32,000 nucleotides of DNA from Caldimicrobium thiodismutans (GTDB taxonomy: Bacteria; Desulfobacterota; Thermodesulfobacteria; Thermodesulfobacteriales; Thermodesulfobacteriaceae). Location: NCBI RefSeq assembly GCF_001548275.1, contig NZ_AP014945.1, forward strand, positions 780,001-812,000. Direction: 5' to 3'. The translations under genes and the position numbers were made by a program. Shown one piece after another: positions 5,534-13,996 of the stretch. Position 1 is the stretch's first letter; each line of letters starts with the position of its first letter. The notes under the pieces were generated by a model that did not search any database, was not told the DNA's origin, and was given only the letters and a program-made list of their open reading frames with translations.

Positions 5534-8062
5534 ATGAAAAAGTTGAAAATATGGATTTTTTTAGGTTTTATCTTTTTTCTTCCTATCTCCTCATTAGCTA
5601 AGGAAAGGATAGTTATCTATGCTCTTAATGCTAAGATTCTTGATAGACCCCTTATAAATTGTGAGGCCCTTGCAGGTTATCTCAATCAGAAAAGCAAGGA
5701 TTTTTCCTTTTCATGCCTATATGTTGATGATAGATATTTCAGGGATGTGAAAAGCCCAAATTTTCAACTGGCCATCGTTAATCCCCCCATCTTTATAAAT
5801 TTAAAAGAAAGATTTCAAGACCGGGAAACAAAGGGAGTTTTTCCTATTTTTAACATCTATTCCTATGAATTTTCAAGAAAAGGGCTTCAAGGAGCAGTTA
5901 TTTTTACTTTAAAGGATTCTTCCATAAATTCTCTCTCTAATTTAAAGGGGAAAACCATAGGGATAGTTTCTGACTGTGCGAGCTGTTTTGCACTAAGCCT
6001 ATATGAGCTTAATAAGATTGGGATTAAAGAAGATCATATAAAACTGAAGAGATTAGGTAGCTGGGAAAAAGTGATTGAAGCTGTTTTAAAAAAAGAAGTT
6101 AATGCTGGTGCAGTAAGGACAGGAGTTTTAGAATATCTTAATAAGAAAAAATATATAAATCTCAATAAAATCAAGGTTTTGGCCTCTAAAAGCTATCCAG
6201 ATTTTCCCTTTCTTGTCTCAACTACCCTTATTCCAGACTGGTATTTAGTGTATACAAGGGAGGCCTCCCCTAAACTTATATCAACCCTTTATCAGGCCTT
6301 ATCTGATCTTGCTCAAATGAAAAAGGAGATACCAAATTCCGATCTTATGGTTATACTTCCCTATGAGCCCCATCAACTATATGTTATAATGAAAGAACTT
6401 CTTATCGGACCTTTTTTTCCTTTACGCAAAATGGTTGAAGCTGAAAAACAAAGACTTACTATTATCTATTCAGCTTTAATTTTATTAGCTGGATTTACTA
6501 TTTTCTACCTCCTTTATTTATATAGAAAAAATACTCGCTTAAATAAAGAACTTGAAGAGGGAAAGAAAATTCTTGAGTCTTTATTGGAAGAAAAAAGCAC
6601 CTCTCTAAGTATAATTTCAAAAAAGCTTAAGGAGGAAATGGAAATTCTTGAAACTATGTTTAAAAATATAGATACAGGTGTAGCTCTTCTTAATGAAAAT
6701 GGCCTAATCTTAAAAGCAAATAAGACCTTTCAAGATATATTTGAACAGGATCTAAAATCTCTTTTGGGTAAATCTTTTAAATCTTTGTTAAAAGAAGTAA
6801 ATTGTGAGATCAGCCATGATATTCCTGATAAAAAAGAAATATCTGAGACGAAAAATACAATAAAAATAAAGATAGATAATAGAGAAAAATTCATATATTT
6901 TAGAGAAATTGCCTTAGAAGAGATTTTAAAATCTTTAGCTATAGTGCGAGACATAACCTCGGAGAAAAAGTGGGAAGCAGAGGTAACCCGCTACACCCAG
7001 CTTGAGACTTTAAGAGTGATTGCCAGTGGCCTTGCCCATGATCTAAATAATCTTCTCAGCAGTATTTTGAATAACACCGAAATTCTTCTTAGGAAAGGAT
7101 CAGCTCTTCCTTATAAGATTCTTGAAAAGCTTCAGGCAATTAAAAATACCTGTCTCCGGGCAAAATCCATAACTCAGGAACTTCTTGTCTATGGAAAAAG
7201 TTTAATTCTCTCCCCTGAACTTTTCTCCCTTCCTGAATTTCTGCGAGAAGTAACTGCCTTTGCTTTAGCTGGCTCGGGTATAAAAATTTTATATTCCTTT
7301 GATCCTCGAATTAAGTCCATTGAGTGTGATAAAAATTTATTAAGTATTGCCTTACATAATATTCTTGTTAATGCAAGACAAGCTATGAATGACAAAGGCA
7401 TCATAAAAATTGTTACTGAATTAACTAAACCATATGTAATGTTAGGAATTTCTGATACAGGCCCTGGAATTCCTGAAAAGATCAAAAAAGATCTTTTCAA
7501 ACCCTTTATAACCACTAAACCTGGTGGTTCAGGACTTGGCCTATTCTCAGCCAATAGAATTATCGAGGCTCATGGTGGTAAAATTGAAATTGAGAGTTCT
7601 CCTGGTCAGGGAACGACAGTTAAAATATATTTACCCTTTTCTGAAAAAGAGGTCTCCCCTGTTGAAGCCCCTCAATTGCAATTTTCCACTCCCGAGAGTA
7701 AAAAACGCATACTTCTTATGGATGATGAGATAGAGATTAGAGAGTCCTTAAAGGAACTTCTTGAATCCTTTGATTTTGAGGTTATTACCTGTGAAAATGG
7801 GGAAGAGGCCCTTCAATTATATGAAAGAGATGGGCCTTTTGATGCAGTTATTCTTGATCTTACAGTTCCAGGTGCCTTGGATGGTATTCAGACCTTTTAT
7901 GAATTAAAAAAGAGGGATCCAGAGGTAAAGGCCATTTTAGCAACTGGCTATGCCTATAAAAAAGAAACTCTTGATGCAAAGGCCTTAGGATTTAAAGAGG
8001 TCCTCATAAAACCCTTTAGTCTGGAGAGCCTTCTTGAGGTCTTAGATAATATAACCCGCTGA
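5534..8062 (+). CDS. Hybrid sensor histidine kinase (periplasmic PhnD-like solute-binding domain, TM, PAS-like, HisKA, HATPase, receiver)
   Basis: A signal/TM segment (MKKLKIWIFLGFIFFLPISSLA) is followed by a periplasmic domain with LKGKTIGIVSDCASCF...NAGAVRTGVLEYL. A second TM reads LTIIYSALILLAGFTIFYLLYLY. The H-box is ASGLAHDLNNLLSSI, the N-box is NILVNARQAM, and the G-boxes are DTGPGIP and GGSGLGL. The C-terminal receiver reads RILLMDDE...AVILDLTVPG...KPF. Confidence 0.9.
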   Translation: MKKLKIWIFLGFIFFLPISSLAKERIVIYALNAKILDRPLINCEALAGYLNQKSKDFSFSCLYVDDRYFRDVKSPNFQLAIVNPPIFINLKERFQDRETKGVFPIFNIYSYEFSRKGLQGAVIFTLKDSSINSLSNLKGKTIGIVSDCASCFALSLYELNKIGIKEDHIKLKRLGSWEKVIEAVLKKEVNAGAVRTGVLEYLNKKKYINLNKIKVLASKSYPDFPFLVSTTLIPDWYLVYTREASPKLISTLYQALSDLAQMKKEIPNSDLMVILPYEPHQLYVIMKELLIGPFFPLRKMVEAEKQRLTIIYSALILLAGFTIFYLLYLYRKNTRLNKELEEGKKILESLLEEKSTSLSIISKKLKEEMEILETMFKNIDTGVALLNENGLILKANKTFQDIFEQDLKSLLGKSFKSLLKEVNCEISHDIPDKKEISETKNTIKIKIDNREKFIYFREIALEEILKSLAIVRDITSEKKWEAEVTRYTQLETLRVIASGLAHDLNNLLSSILNNTEILLRKGSALPYKILEKLQAIKNTCLRAKSITQELLVYGKSLILSPELFSLPEFLREVTAFALAGSGIKILYSFDPRIKSIECDKNLLSIALHNILVNARQAMNDKGIIKIVTELTKPYVMLGISDTGPGIPEKIKKDLFKPFITTKPGGSGLGLFSANRIIEAHGGKIEIESSPGQGTTVKIYLPFSEKEVSPVEAPQLQFSTPESKKRILLMDDEIEIRESLKELLESFDFEVITCENGEEALQLYERDGPFDAVILDLTVPGALDGIQTFYELKKRDPEVKAILATGYAYKKETLDAKALGFKEVLIKPFSLESLLEVLDNITR

Positions 8063-9235
8063 AGCTACACTTACAGCTGAACCCTCGCCAAAGGGTAAAA
8101 CCTCTTGATAAAAAATCTCCCCCTTGCCCTGAAAAACTCCCTTTGAGATGAGTTTAGATAATATATACAAAGCACTTGCTCCACAGACCTTCATTCTCTC
8201 CAGGGCAAGGACAAAATCTTCCAGCTCTTTAACCTTTCCTGAAAAAGCAAGTTCAAGAAGATCTCTATCGTGCTTAAGGGCAGATTGAGCCAGAATTTCG
8301 TCAACGCTTACAGGGTCTCCATAACGAAGACCAAGATGACAAAAATCAATTCCCAACACTATATAACTCCTTTCATCAAGGAGATCCAAAAGCCCCTCAA
8401 CTAATCCATCTATAAGTTTCTCATTAGAAAAAAGAAGGCGATGAGAACCTATAAGAACAGGGAGGACAACTACATCATCTCCAAAAAGGTGATGCAAGAA
8501 TAAGGCCTGAAACTCAATAGAATGCTCAAGTTTATGGGCAATGTGATCTGGAAAAAGCTCAAGCTTTTTTGAATTAGTTAGATATAGAAGACCTCCCCTA
8601 TCATTCCTTAAGATACCAAAAGGAGTAGCTATATCCTTGGTTAAGACCGAATAGGGAAAATCAAGGTAGTGCCCCACACCAAGAATAATGACCCTTGATC
8701 CCGCCTGAGGCTTAAATCTCTTATAGGCTTCTGCATAGGCCTTAGCTCCAACTCTCAAATCTATATGAGGGGCAATAAGTATCCGAGAGGCCTCTTTTCC
8801 ATCGGCAGAGGAAAGACTCAAAATCTTATCCAAGAAGGCCTTAGCTTCATCTTGTTCTAAAGGATACCCCATATTAGCATGGGCCATAAGACGGAGTCTC
8901 TGTTGAAACCAGGCCTGATAGGCCCTCTCCTTTATCTCTTCAAAGCTCTTACTCCAGAGAAAACCTTTAGCATCAAGCAAACTGACAAGTTTTACAATCT
9001 CCTCAAGAGGGACAATTTGGCCGGTTCTTTTTGTGGCTTCAGCCTGAAGATCTCGCAGATCGTGCTCTCCATCCATAAGGGCAAGCAAAAAGAGAATTCC
9101 CTGAGGAAGAGCAATTACCTCATCTACAATTCCTACTGGGTCCCTTAAGAGGACAACCTGCTGACCTTGAAATTCTCCAGGAAAAAGATCAACTTGGCGA
9201 AGAAGGGGTTTAAATTCTGGATCCAGGTTATTCAC
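8042..9235 (-). CDS. amrB: Memo-like protein (AmmeMemoRadiSam system protein B type) with about 105-aa N-terminal extension
   Basis: Memo-family blocks are LIAPHIDLRVGAKAYAEAYKRF, VIILGVGHY, EHSIEFQALFL, GIDFCHLG and VCGASALYIL. The GTG start at 9235 is preceded by GGAGG at 5 nt and overlaps the upstream stop (GTGAATAA). The 3' end overlaps the kinase gene by 21 nt, convergently. Confidence 0.8.
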   Translation of the reverse strand: MNNLDPEFKPLLRQVDLFPGEFQGQQVVLLRDPVGIVDEVIALPQGILFLLALMDGEHDLRDLQAEATKRTGQIVPLEEIVKLVSLLDAKGFLWSKSFEEIKERAYQAWFQQRLRLMAHANMGYPLEQDEAKAFLDKILSLSSADGKEASRILIAPHIDLRVGAKAYAEAYKRFKPQAGSRVIILGVGHYLDFPYSVLTKDIATPFGILRNDRGGLLYLTNSKKLELFPDHIAHKLEHSIEFQALFLHHLFGDDVVVLPVLIGSHRLLFSNEKLIDGLVEGLLDLLDERSYIVLGIDFCHLGLRYGDPVSVDEILAQSALKHDRDLLELAFSGKVKELEDFVLALERMKVCGASALYILSKLISKGVFQGKGEIFYQEVLPFGEGSAVSVASAGYII

Positions 9236-10013
9236 TTAGACCTCCAAAATCCTCGAGTGTTAAGTTGTTACAGGCATCTTTTACCCTCTCAAGGGCAGAA
9301 TAAAACTCTTCTTCAATGGTTCTCACTCTCATACCGTAGGCTCTCTGCACAGCCTTTCTCACTATTTCACCCTTGAGAAGGGCATTTTCCCAGCCAAACT
9401 CTGCATATTTTTCATTTACTACCTGATTTAATTCAAGTAGGGCCTTTGCTCTATTTCTCCGCTCCTCAGCGGCAGAAGGTAAGGGTAATCTCAAAAATTG
9501 ATCAATCTTTTCAAGAAAGGATTCATAAAAACTTGCTGGAAAGCGGGGATCGTATTCCTCAATGGTAAATCCAAAGGTGATCAACATAGGTTCCTTAAAA
9601 TAGGTAAAAAGTTCCTCTTCCAAAAGGTCTGGGGATTCCTTCAAAAAGTCCATAAAAAGCCGATAGGCCTGTTTAGATTTATCTTTTACATTAGGGGGTT
9701 TTTCTGTATTAAACTCAAGAATATAATGGTAAAGGCTTTCATCAACAACAACTGCTAAGATCTCCTTTGCTCCAAGATCACGCATAGCCTCTAATCTATG
9801 TCTTCCATCCACTACATAATATTTTCCTCCCTTTGGCACAACTACAATTGGGGTAAGAAATCCAAGTTTTTCAATAGACATCTCTAAATGCTTTTTCAAG
9901 CTCTCAGAGATATCTCGTTGAAAGGGGGGAGGCTCTATCTCTTCAATCTTAAATAAGGCAAGTTTAAGTGGTTGACCTTTGACTGGATCTTCAAAATAGG
10001 CTATTTCTTTCAT
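9228..10013 (-). CDS. ParB/Srx-fold (ParB N-terminal domain-like) protein
   Basis: The N-terminal domain reads PIVVVPKGGKYYVVDGRHRLEAMRDLGAKEILAVVV, which contains a GxxRxxA motif (G70-A76, nt 9786-9806). I do not recognise the C-terminal half. The ATG lies 2 nt after the ftsZ stop with no SD of its own. Confidence 0.7.
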   Translation of the reverse strand: MKEIAYFEDPVKGQPLKLALFKIEEIEPPPFQRDISESLKKHLEMSIEKLGFLTPIVVVPKGGKYYVVDGRHRLEAMRDLGAKEILAVVVDESLYHYILEFNTEKPPNVKDKSKQAYRLFMDFLKESPDLLEEELFTYFKEPMLITFGFTIEEYDPRFPASFYESFLEKIDQFLRLPLPSAAEERRNRAKALLELNQVVNEKYAEFGWENALLKGEIVRKAVQRAYGMRVRTIEEEFYSALERVKDACNNLTLEDFGGLSE

Positions 10014-10015
10014 CT

Positions 10016-11140
10016 TTAATCAGCACTTTTGCGAAGGATAGTGGGCACCTCAAGAAGATCTTCATTAAGCCACTCTCTCCAGTCGATCTTCTTTTTCTCT
10101 TCCTTAGCCCTACTTCTTTCTTCAAGGGAAATGACCTTTTCGCCTGAAGTGGAGACCCTTTTCTCCTTTTCAAGGCCTGTGGCAATAATGGTAATTCGTA
10201 AGTTTTCTCCAAGGTTTTCATCAAAAACTACACCAAGATAAACTCTTGCCTCAGGATGAAGCTCCTTTGAAACCATTCCTGTAATATACTGGGTCTCTTG
10301 AAGGGTAAGGGTTTCAGGATGAACACTTATGTTAAGAAGAAGACCCTTAGCACCGCTGATGGAGAGATCCTCAAGGAGGGGACTTGAAATAGCCATTTGA
10401 GTCGCAAGCTCTGCTCTCTCCTCTCCGCTTGCCTCTCCCATACCCATCAAAGCAACTCCTCCTGTTTCTGTCATCACCGCCTTAACATCAGCAAAGTCAA
10501 GATTAATATACCCGGGAGATAAAATAAGATCTGAAATACCTCTTACTGCATAATATAAAACATCATCAGCCTTTTTAAACATCTCATAAAGTCTTTCCTG
10601 AGGGGAGCCCAATAAAATAAGTTTATCATTGGGAATAGTAATTAAGGTGTCCACATACTTTTTTACTTCCTCAAGGCCTTCCTCAGCCTGTTTCATCCTG
10701 ATTTTACCCTCAAAAGAAAAGGGCTTGGTAACCACTGCTACAGTAAGTATTCCCAACTCTTTACAGATACTTGCAATTATGGGAGTTGCTCCTGTGCCTG
10801 TTCCTCCTCCCATGCCAGCAGCTAAAAAAACCATATCTGCATCTTTAAGGACATCCCGAATTTCCTTTTCAGACTCCTCCGCTGCCTTTTTTCCAATCTC
10901 TGGCTTTCCTCCTGCTCCAAGACCACGCGTTAGATTCTTACCAAGCTGAAGCTTAATAGAGGCTGGATTTAGGGAGAGAACTTTATAATCAGTATTAGCC
11001 ACAATAAATTCAACTCCTATTAAACCGCGTTTTATCATATGGGAGACCGCATTTCCACCTGCCCCCCCTACTCCAATAACTTTTATGTTGGGCTGAAGTT
11101 TCACATCCTCTTGATGAACCAGATCAAAGGGTAAAGTCAT
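10016..11140 (-). CDS. ftsZ: Cell division protein FtsZ
   Basis: IKVIGVGGAGGNAV, the tubulin signature GGGTGTGA and NTDYKVL are present. GGAGG lies 5 nt upstream of the ATG. Confidence 0.97.
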   Translation of the reverse strand: MTLPFDLVHQEDVKLQPNIKVIGVGGAGGNAVSHMIKRGLIGVEFIVANTDYKVLSLNPASIKLQLGKNLTRGLGAGGKPEIGKKAAEESEKEIRDVLKDADMVFLAAGMGGGTGTGATPIIASICKELGILTVAVVTKPFSFEGKIRMKQAEEGLEEVKKYVDTLITIPNDKLILLGSPQERLYEMFKKADDVLYYAVRGISDLILSPGYINLDFADVKAVMTETGGVALMGMGEASGEERAELATQMAISSPLLEDLSISGAKGLLLNISVHPETLTLQETQYITGMVSKELHPEARVYLGVVFDENLGENLRITIIATGLEKEKRVSTSGEKVISLEERSRAKEEKKKIDWREWLNEDLLEVPTILRKSAD

Positions 11141-11151
11141 GGCAGCCTCCT

Positions 11152-12360
11152 CTATATTTTTAAAAGTTTTTTTATCTTTTCCATTAACCCTCCCTCTTTT
11201 TGTGAGGGTTTTTCTAAACCTTGATAATGGTTTTGGTAAACATACATAAGCATGCCTACAGCAGTTGCAAATTGCGGATGAGAGATCTCCTCTGTAAGAC
11301 CAGGAAGTCTTTCGGGATAGCCCACACGAGCAGGAAGATCAAGGATCTGATCTGCTAAATACAAAAGCCCCGGAAGAAGGGATGACCCACCAGTTAAGAC
11401 CACTCCGCTTGTTAAAAAGGTCTTGGGGAAATTTTTTATTTCTGCTTCAATAAGAACCAAGAGCTCTTTGACGCGTTCTTCAAGAATCTCTGCCAGAATC
11501 TTTTTACTTATTTTCCGCCCAGGTCTTTGGCCAATTCCTGCAACCTCAATAACATCTTCCTCATCTACAAGCTCCCTTAAACAGACTCCTCTTTCAATCT
11601 TAATTTTTTCTGCCTCAGTGCGTGTCGTTCGCAGACAGACCGCAAGGTCCCCAGTAAGAAGTTCTCCTCCTACGGGAACAGAGGCCACATATCTTAAAAC
11701 ATTTTCCTTATAAATAACTATATCGCTTGTTCCTCCTCCAAAATCAATGAGTAAGACCCCCAGCTCTTTTTCTTCTGGTGTAAGCACAGCTTCAGCTGAG
11801 GCTAAGCCCTGAAAAATAACCCCATCCACATCTAAATTCAAGTTTTCAAAACATCTCAAAAGGTTCTGCACATAACTCCTTTGAGCAGTAATTAACTGCA
11901 CATGAGCCTCAAGCCTGACCCCCATCATTCCAACAGGATGCACAATCCCCCTTGTCTGATCCACCACAAATTCCTGAGGGATCACATGGAGCAAGATCCT
12001 ATCCTGAGGAAGGTCTATAGCCTGAGCTGAAGCTAAAACCTCCTCCACATCCTGAGGGGTAACCTCTTTCTCCTTTAGAGCTACCACTCCCATATTAGAC
12101 TGAGTCTTAATATGGCTCCCAGCTATTCCGGTAAAAATATAATCCGGTTCAAGTTTAGCCTGAGTAACAGCCTTTTCTATAGCATTCCTTATACTCTGAG
12201 AGGCCTCTTCAATATTAATAATGGACCCCCTTTTTAGGCCCAGAGAGGGCACAACCCCCATCCCGGTAACCCAGAGCTTGCCCTCCCTTTCCTCTCCCAC
12301 AAGAGCACAAATCTTGGTTGTCCCTACATCAACAACTAAAATTCCTCCACCTTTCTTCAT
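11152..12360 (-). CDS. ftsA: Cell division protein FtsA
   Basis: Actin-like ATPase blocks are VVDVGTTKICALVGE, IDFGGGTSDIVIY and VLTGGSSLLPGL. The gene sits between ftsQ and ftsZ. Confidence 0.95.
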   Translation of the reverse strand: MKKGGGILVVDVGTTKICALVGEEREGKLWVTGMGVVPSLGLKRGSIINIEEASQSIRNAIEKAVTQAKLEPDYIFTGIAGSHIKTQSNMGVVALKEKEVTPQDVEEVLASAQAIDLPQDRILLHVIPQEFVVDQTRGIVHPVGMMGVRLEAHVQLITAQRSYVQNLLRCFENLNLDVDGVIFQGLASAEAVLTPEEKELGVLLIDFGGGTSDIVIYKENVLRYVASVPVGGELLTGDLAVCLRTTRTEAEKIKIERGVCLRELVDEEDVIEVAGIGQRPGRKISKKILAEILEERVKELLVLIEAEIKNFPKTFLTSGVVLTGGSSLLPGLLYLADQILDLPARVGYPERLPGLTEEISHPQFATAVGMLMYVYQNHYQGLEKPSQKEGGLMEKIKKLLKI

Positions 12361-12363
12361 AAA

Positions 12364-13089
12364 TTAACTCCTAAACTTTAGTAAAGCCTGACCAAAGGGA
12401 TAATCAAGCCTTATTATTTCAACCTTTTCAATCATTTGATTATCGTATAAATATACCATAATGCGGTCAAGATATTTGTAAAGGTTTATCCATTCCTCCA
12501 TTATACTCACCGGAAAATAAATTCGTAAATGATTTTTGGTCTCAAAGATTATTTTATCTCTTTCCAGGGTAATTTTAGCAAAATTTTCAAATACAGGAAG
12601 ATAGGACTTGTTATGTTTAATCCAATCAAGAAAGGTAAAAAATTTATCCTTCCACTCCTCATCTTTTATTTCAACTAAGGGATAAAAGAGATAATCCTGA
12701 GGGAGAATACCCCCAAGAATCACTCCCTGCTTATCTATAAGATAACCTCTGTTTTCTCTTATAAGGATGGCAAGGCCTTCTCTTTCTCTAACAGAGATCT
12801 CAAGTAAAGAGGGGATGCGCCTAAGGATTACGCAGTCCTCAATAAAGGGGTGTTTTTTGATTTTGGCCTTGAGGAGTTTCAAGTCTATTCCAAAGAGCCT
12901 TTCTCCACCTTTTAATCCTGTAAGCTTGATTATTTCTTCCTGGGATACCCTTTTATTATCTCTAATCCTAATCTCTTTCAAAACAAAAAGATTGGTAAAG
13001 TAAAGGAGATAAATAATTACTCCTGAAAGGAGTATAAGCATTAAAACCAGGCCCATAAAAATTTTATATCTTTTAAAAAAGTTCAGCAT
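12364..13089 (-). CDS. ftsQ: Cell division protein FtsQ (POTRA domain)
   Basis: An N-terminal TM (IFMGLVLMLILLSGVIIYLLYF) is followed by a POTRA-like segment, LKEIRIRDNKRVSQEEIIKLTGLKGGERLFGIDL. The position in the dcw order fits. Confidence 0.85.
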   Translation of the reverse strand: MLNFFKRYKIFMGLVLMLILLSGVIIYLLYFTNLFVLKEIRIRDNKRVSQEEIIKLTGLKGGERLFGIDLKLLKAKIKKHPFIEDCVILRRIPSLLEISVREREGLAILIRENRGYLIDKQGVILGGILPQDYLFYPLVEIKDEEWKDKFFTFLDWIKHNKSYLPVFENFAKITLERDKIIFETKNHLRIYFPVSIMEEWINLYKYLDRIMVYLYDNQMIEKVEIIRLDYPFGQALLKFRS

Positions 13090-13996
13090 CCTTTAACCCC
13101 AAAAATTTTACTTCTGGTTCAAGGAGGACTCTAAAATTTTCATAGACCTTTTCTTGCGCAAGCTTCATCAATTTCAGGACATCTTCTGCCCTTGCCCTAC
13201 CCTCGTTTACAATAAAATTGGCATGTTTTTCAGAGATCTTTGCTTCCCCAATACGGTAACCTTTAAGGCCAACGCTCTCAATCATAGCTCCTGCATAACA
13301 ACAAGGGGGATTTTTGAAGACAGAGCCAAAGGTCTTCTCTGTTACTGGCTGGGTGGCTCTTCTTTTTGCCCAAATCTCCTGAAGATGCCTTTTAATCTCA
13401 TCTTTTGAGCTTTTTTCAAATTCAATTTCACTGGCAAGGATTACCCCATCAGGTCTAAAGGCCCGATAAGTCCAATCCCCTTCCTTTGGCTCAAGCTCTT
13501 CTATCTTCCCCTTTCTATAAATCTCAACCCTTTTAACCAAAAGGGAGGTGCTTTTTCCAAATGCCCCAGCATTCATCCTAACTGCTCCACCAAGGGTTGC
13601 CGGAACTCCTGCTAAAAACTCAAACCCACTATAGCCCATCTCATAAGCTACTCTTATCAAGCTATTTAAGGTTGTCCCCGCAAGCACCCTTAATCTAAGG
13701 GTCTGCCCTTGAGAGAGAACTTCAATTCCCTTTAAGGACTTTAACATTATAACCACACCCTCATAACCACTATCTGCAGGAAGAAGATTGCTTCCTCCTC
13801 CCATTACATAAAAGGGCATTCCCTCTTTTTCAAGAAAGCTAAGGAGTTTTACCAGTTTTTCCTTATCCTCTGGAAAGACAACCCTTTCAGAAGAGCCCCC
13901 TATTTTTATTGTAGTATAGGGTGCAAGGGGTTCTCTCTCCTTGAAATTAATTCCTAAATCCTTTAAATATCTATCAAGCCCTTTAAGCCACTGCAT
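13073..13996 (-). CDS. murB: UDP-N-acetylenolpyruvoylglucosamine reductase
   Basis: The FAD-binding block is PLAPYTTIKIGGSSERVVFP...YVMGGGSNLL. GLKGYRIGEAKISEKHANFIVN is also present. Confidence 0.93.
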   Translation of the reverse strand: MQWLKGLDRYLKDLGINFKEREPLAPYTTIKIGGSSERVVFPEDKEKLVKLLSFLEKEGMPFYVMGGGSNLLPADSGYEGVVIMLKSLKGIEVLSQGQTLRLRVLAGTTLNSLIRVAYEMGYSGFEFLAGVPATLGGAVRMNAGAFGKSTSLLVKRVEIYRKGKIEELEPKEGDWTYRAFRPDGVILASEIEFEKSSKDEIKRHLQEIWAKRRATQPVTEKTFGSVFKNPPCCYAGAMIESVGLKGYRIGEAKISEKHANFIVNEGRARAEDVLKLMKLAQEKVYENFRVLLEPEVKFLGLKDAELF

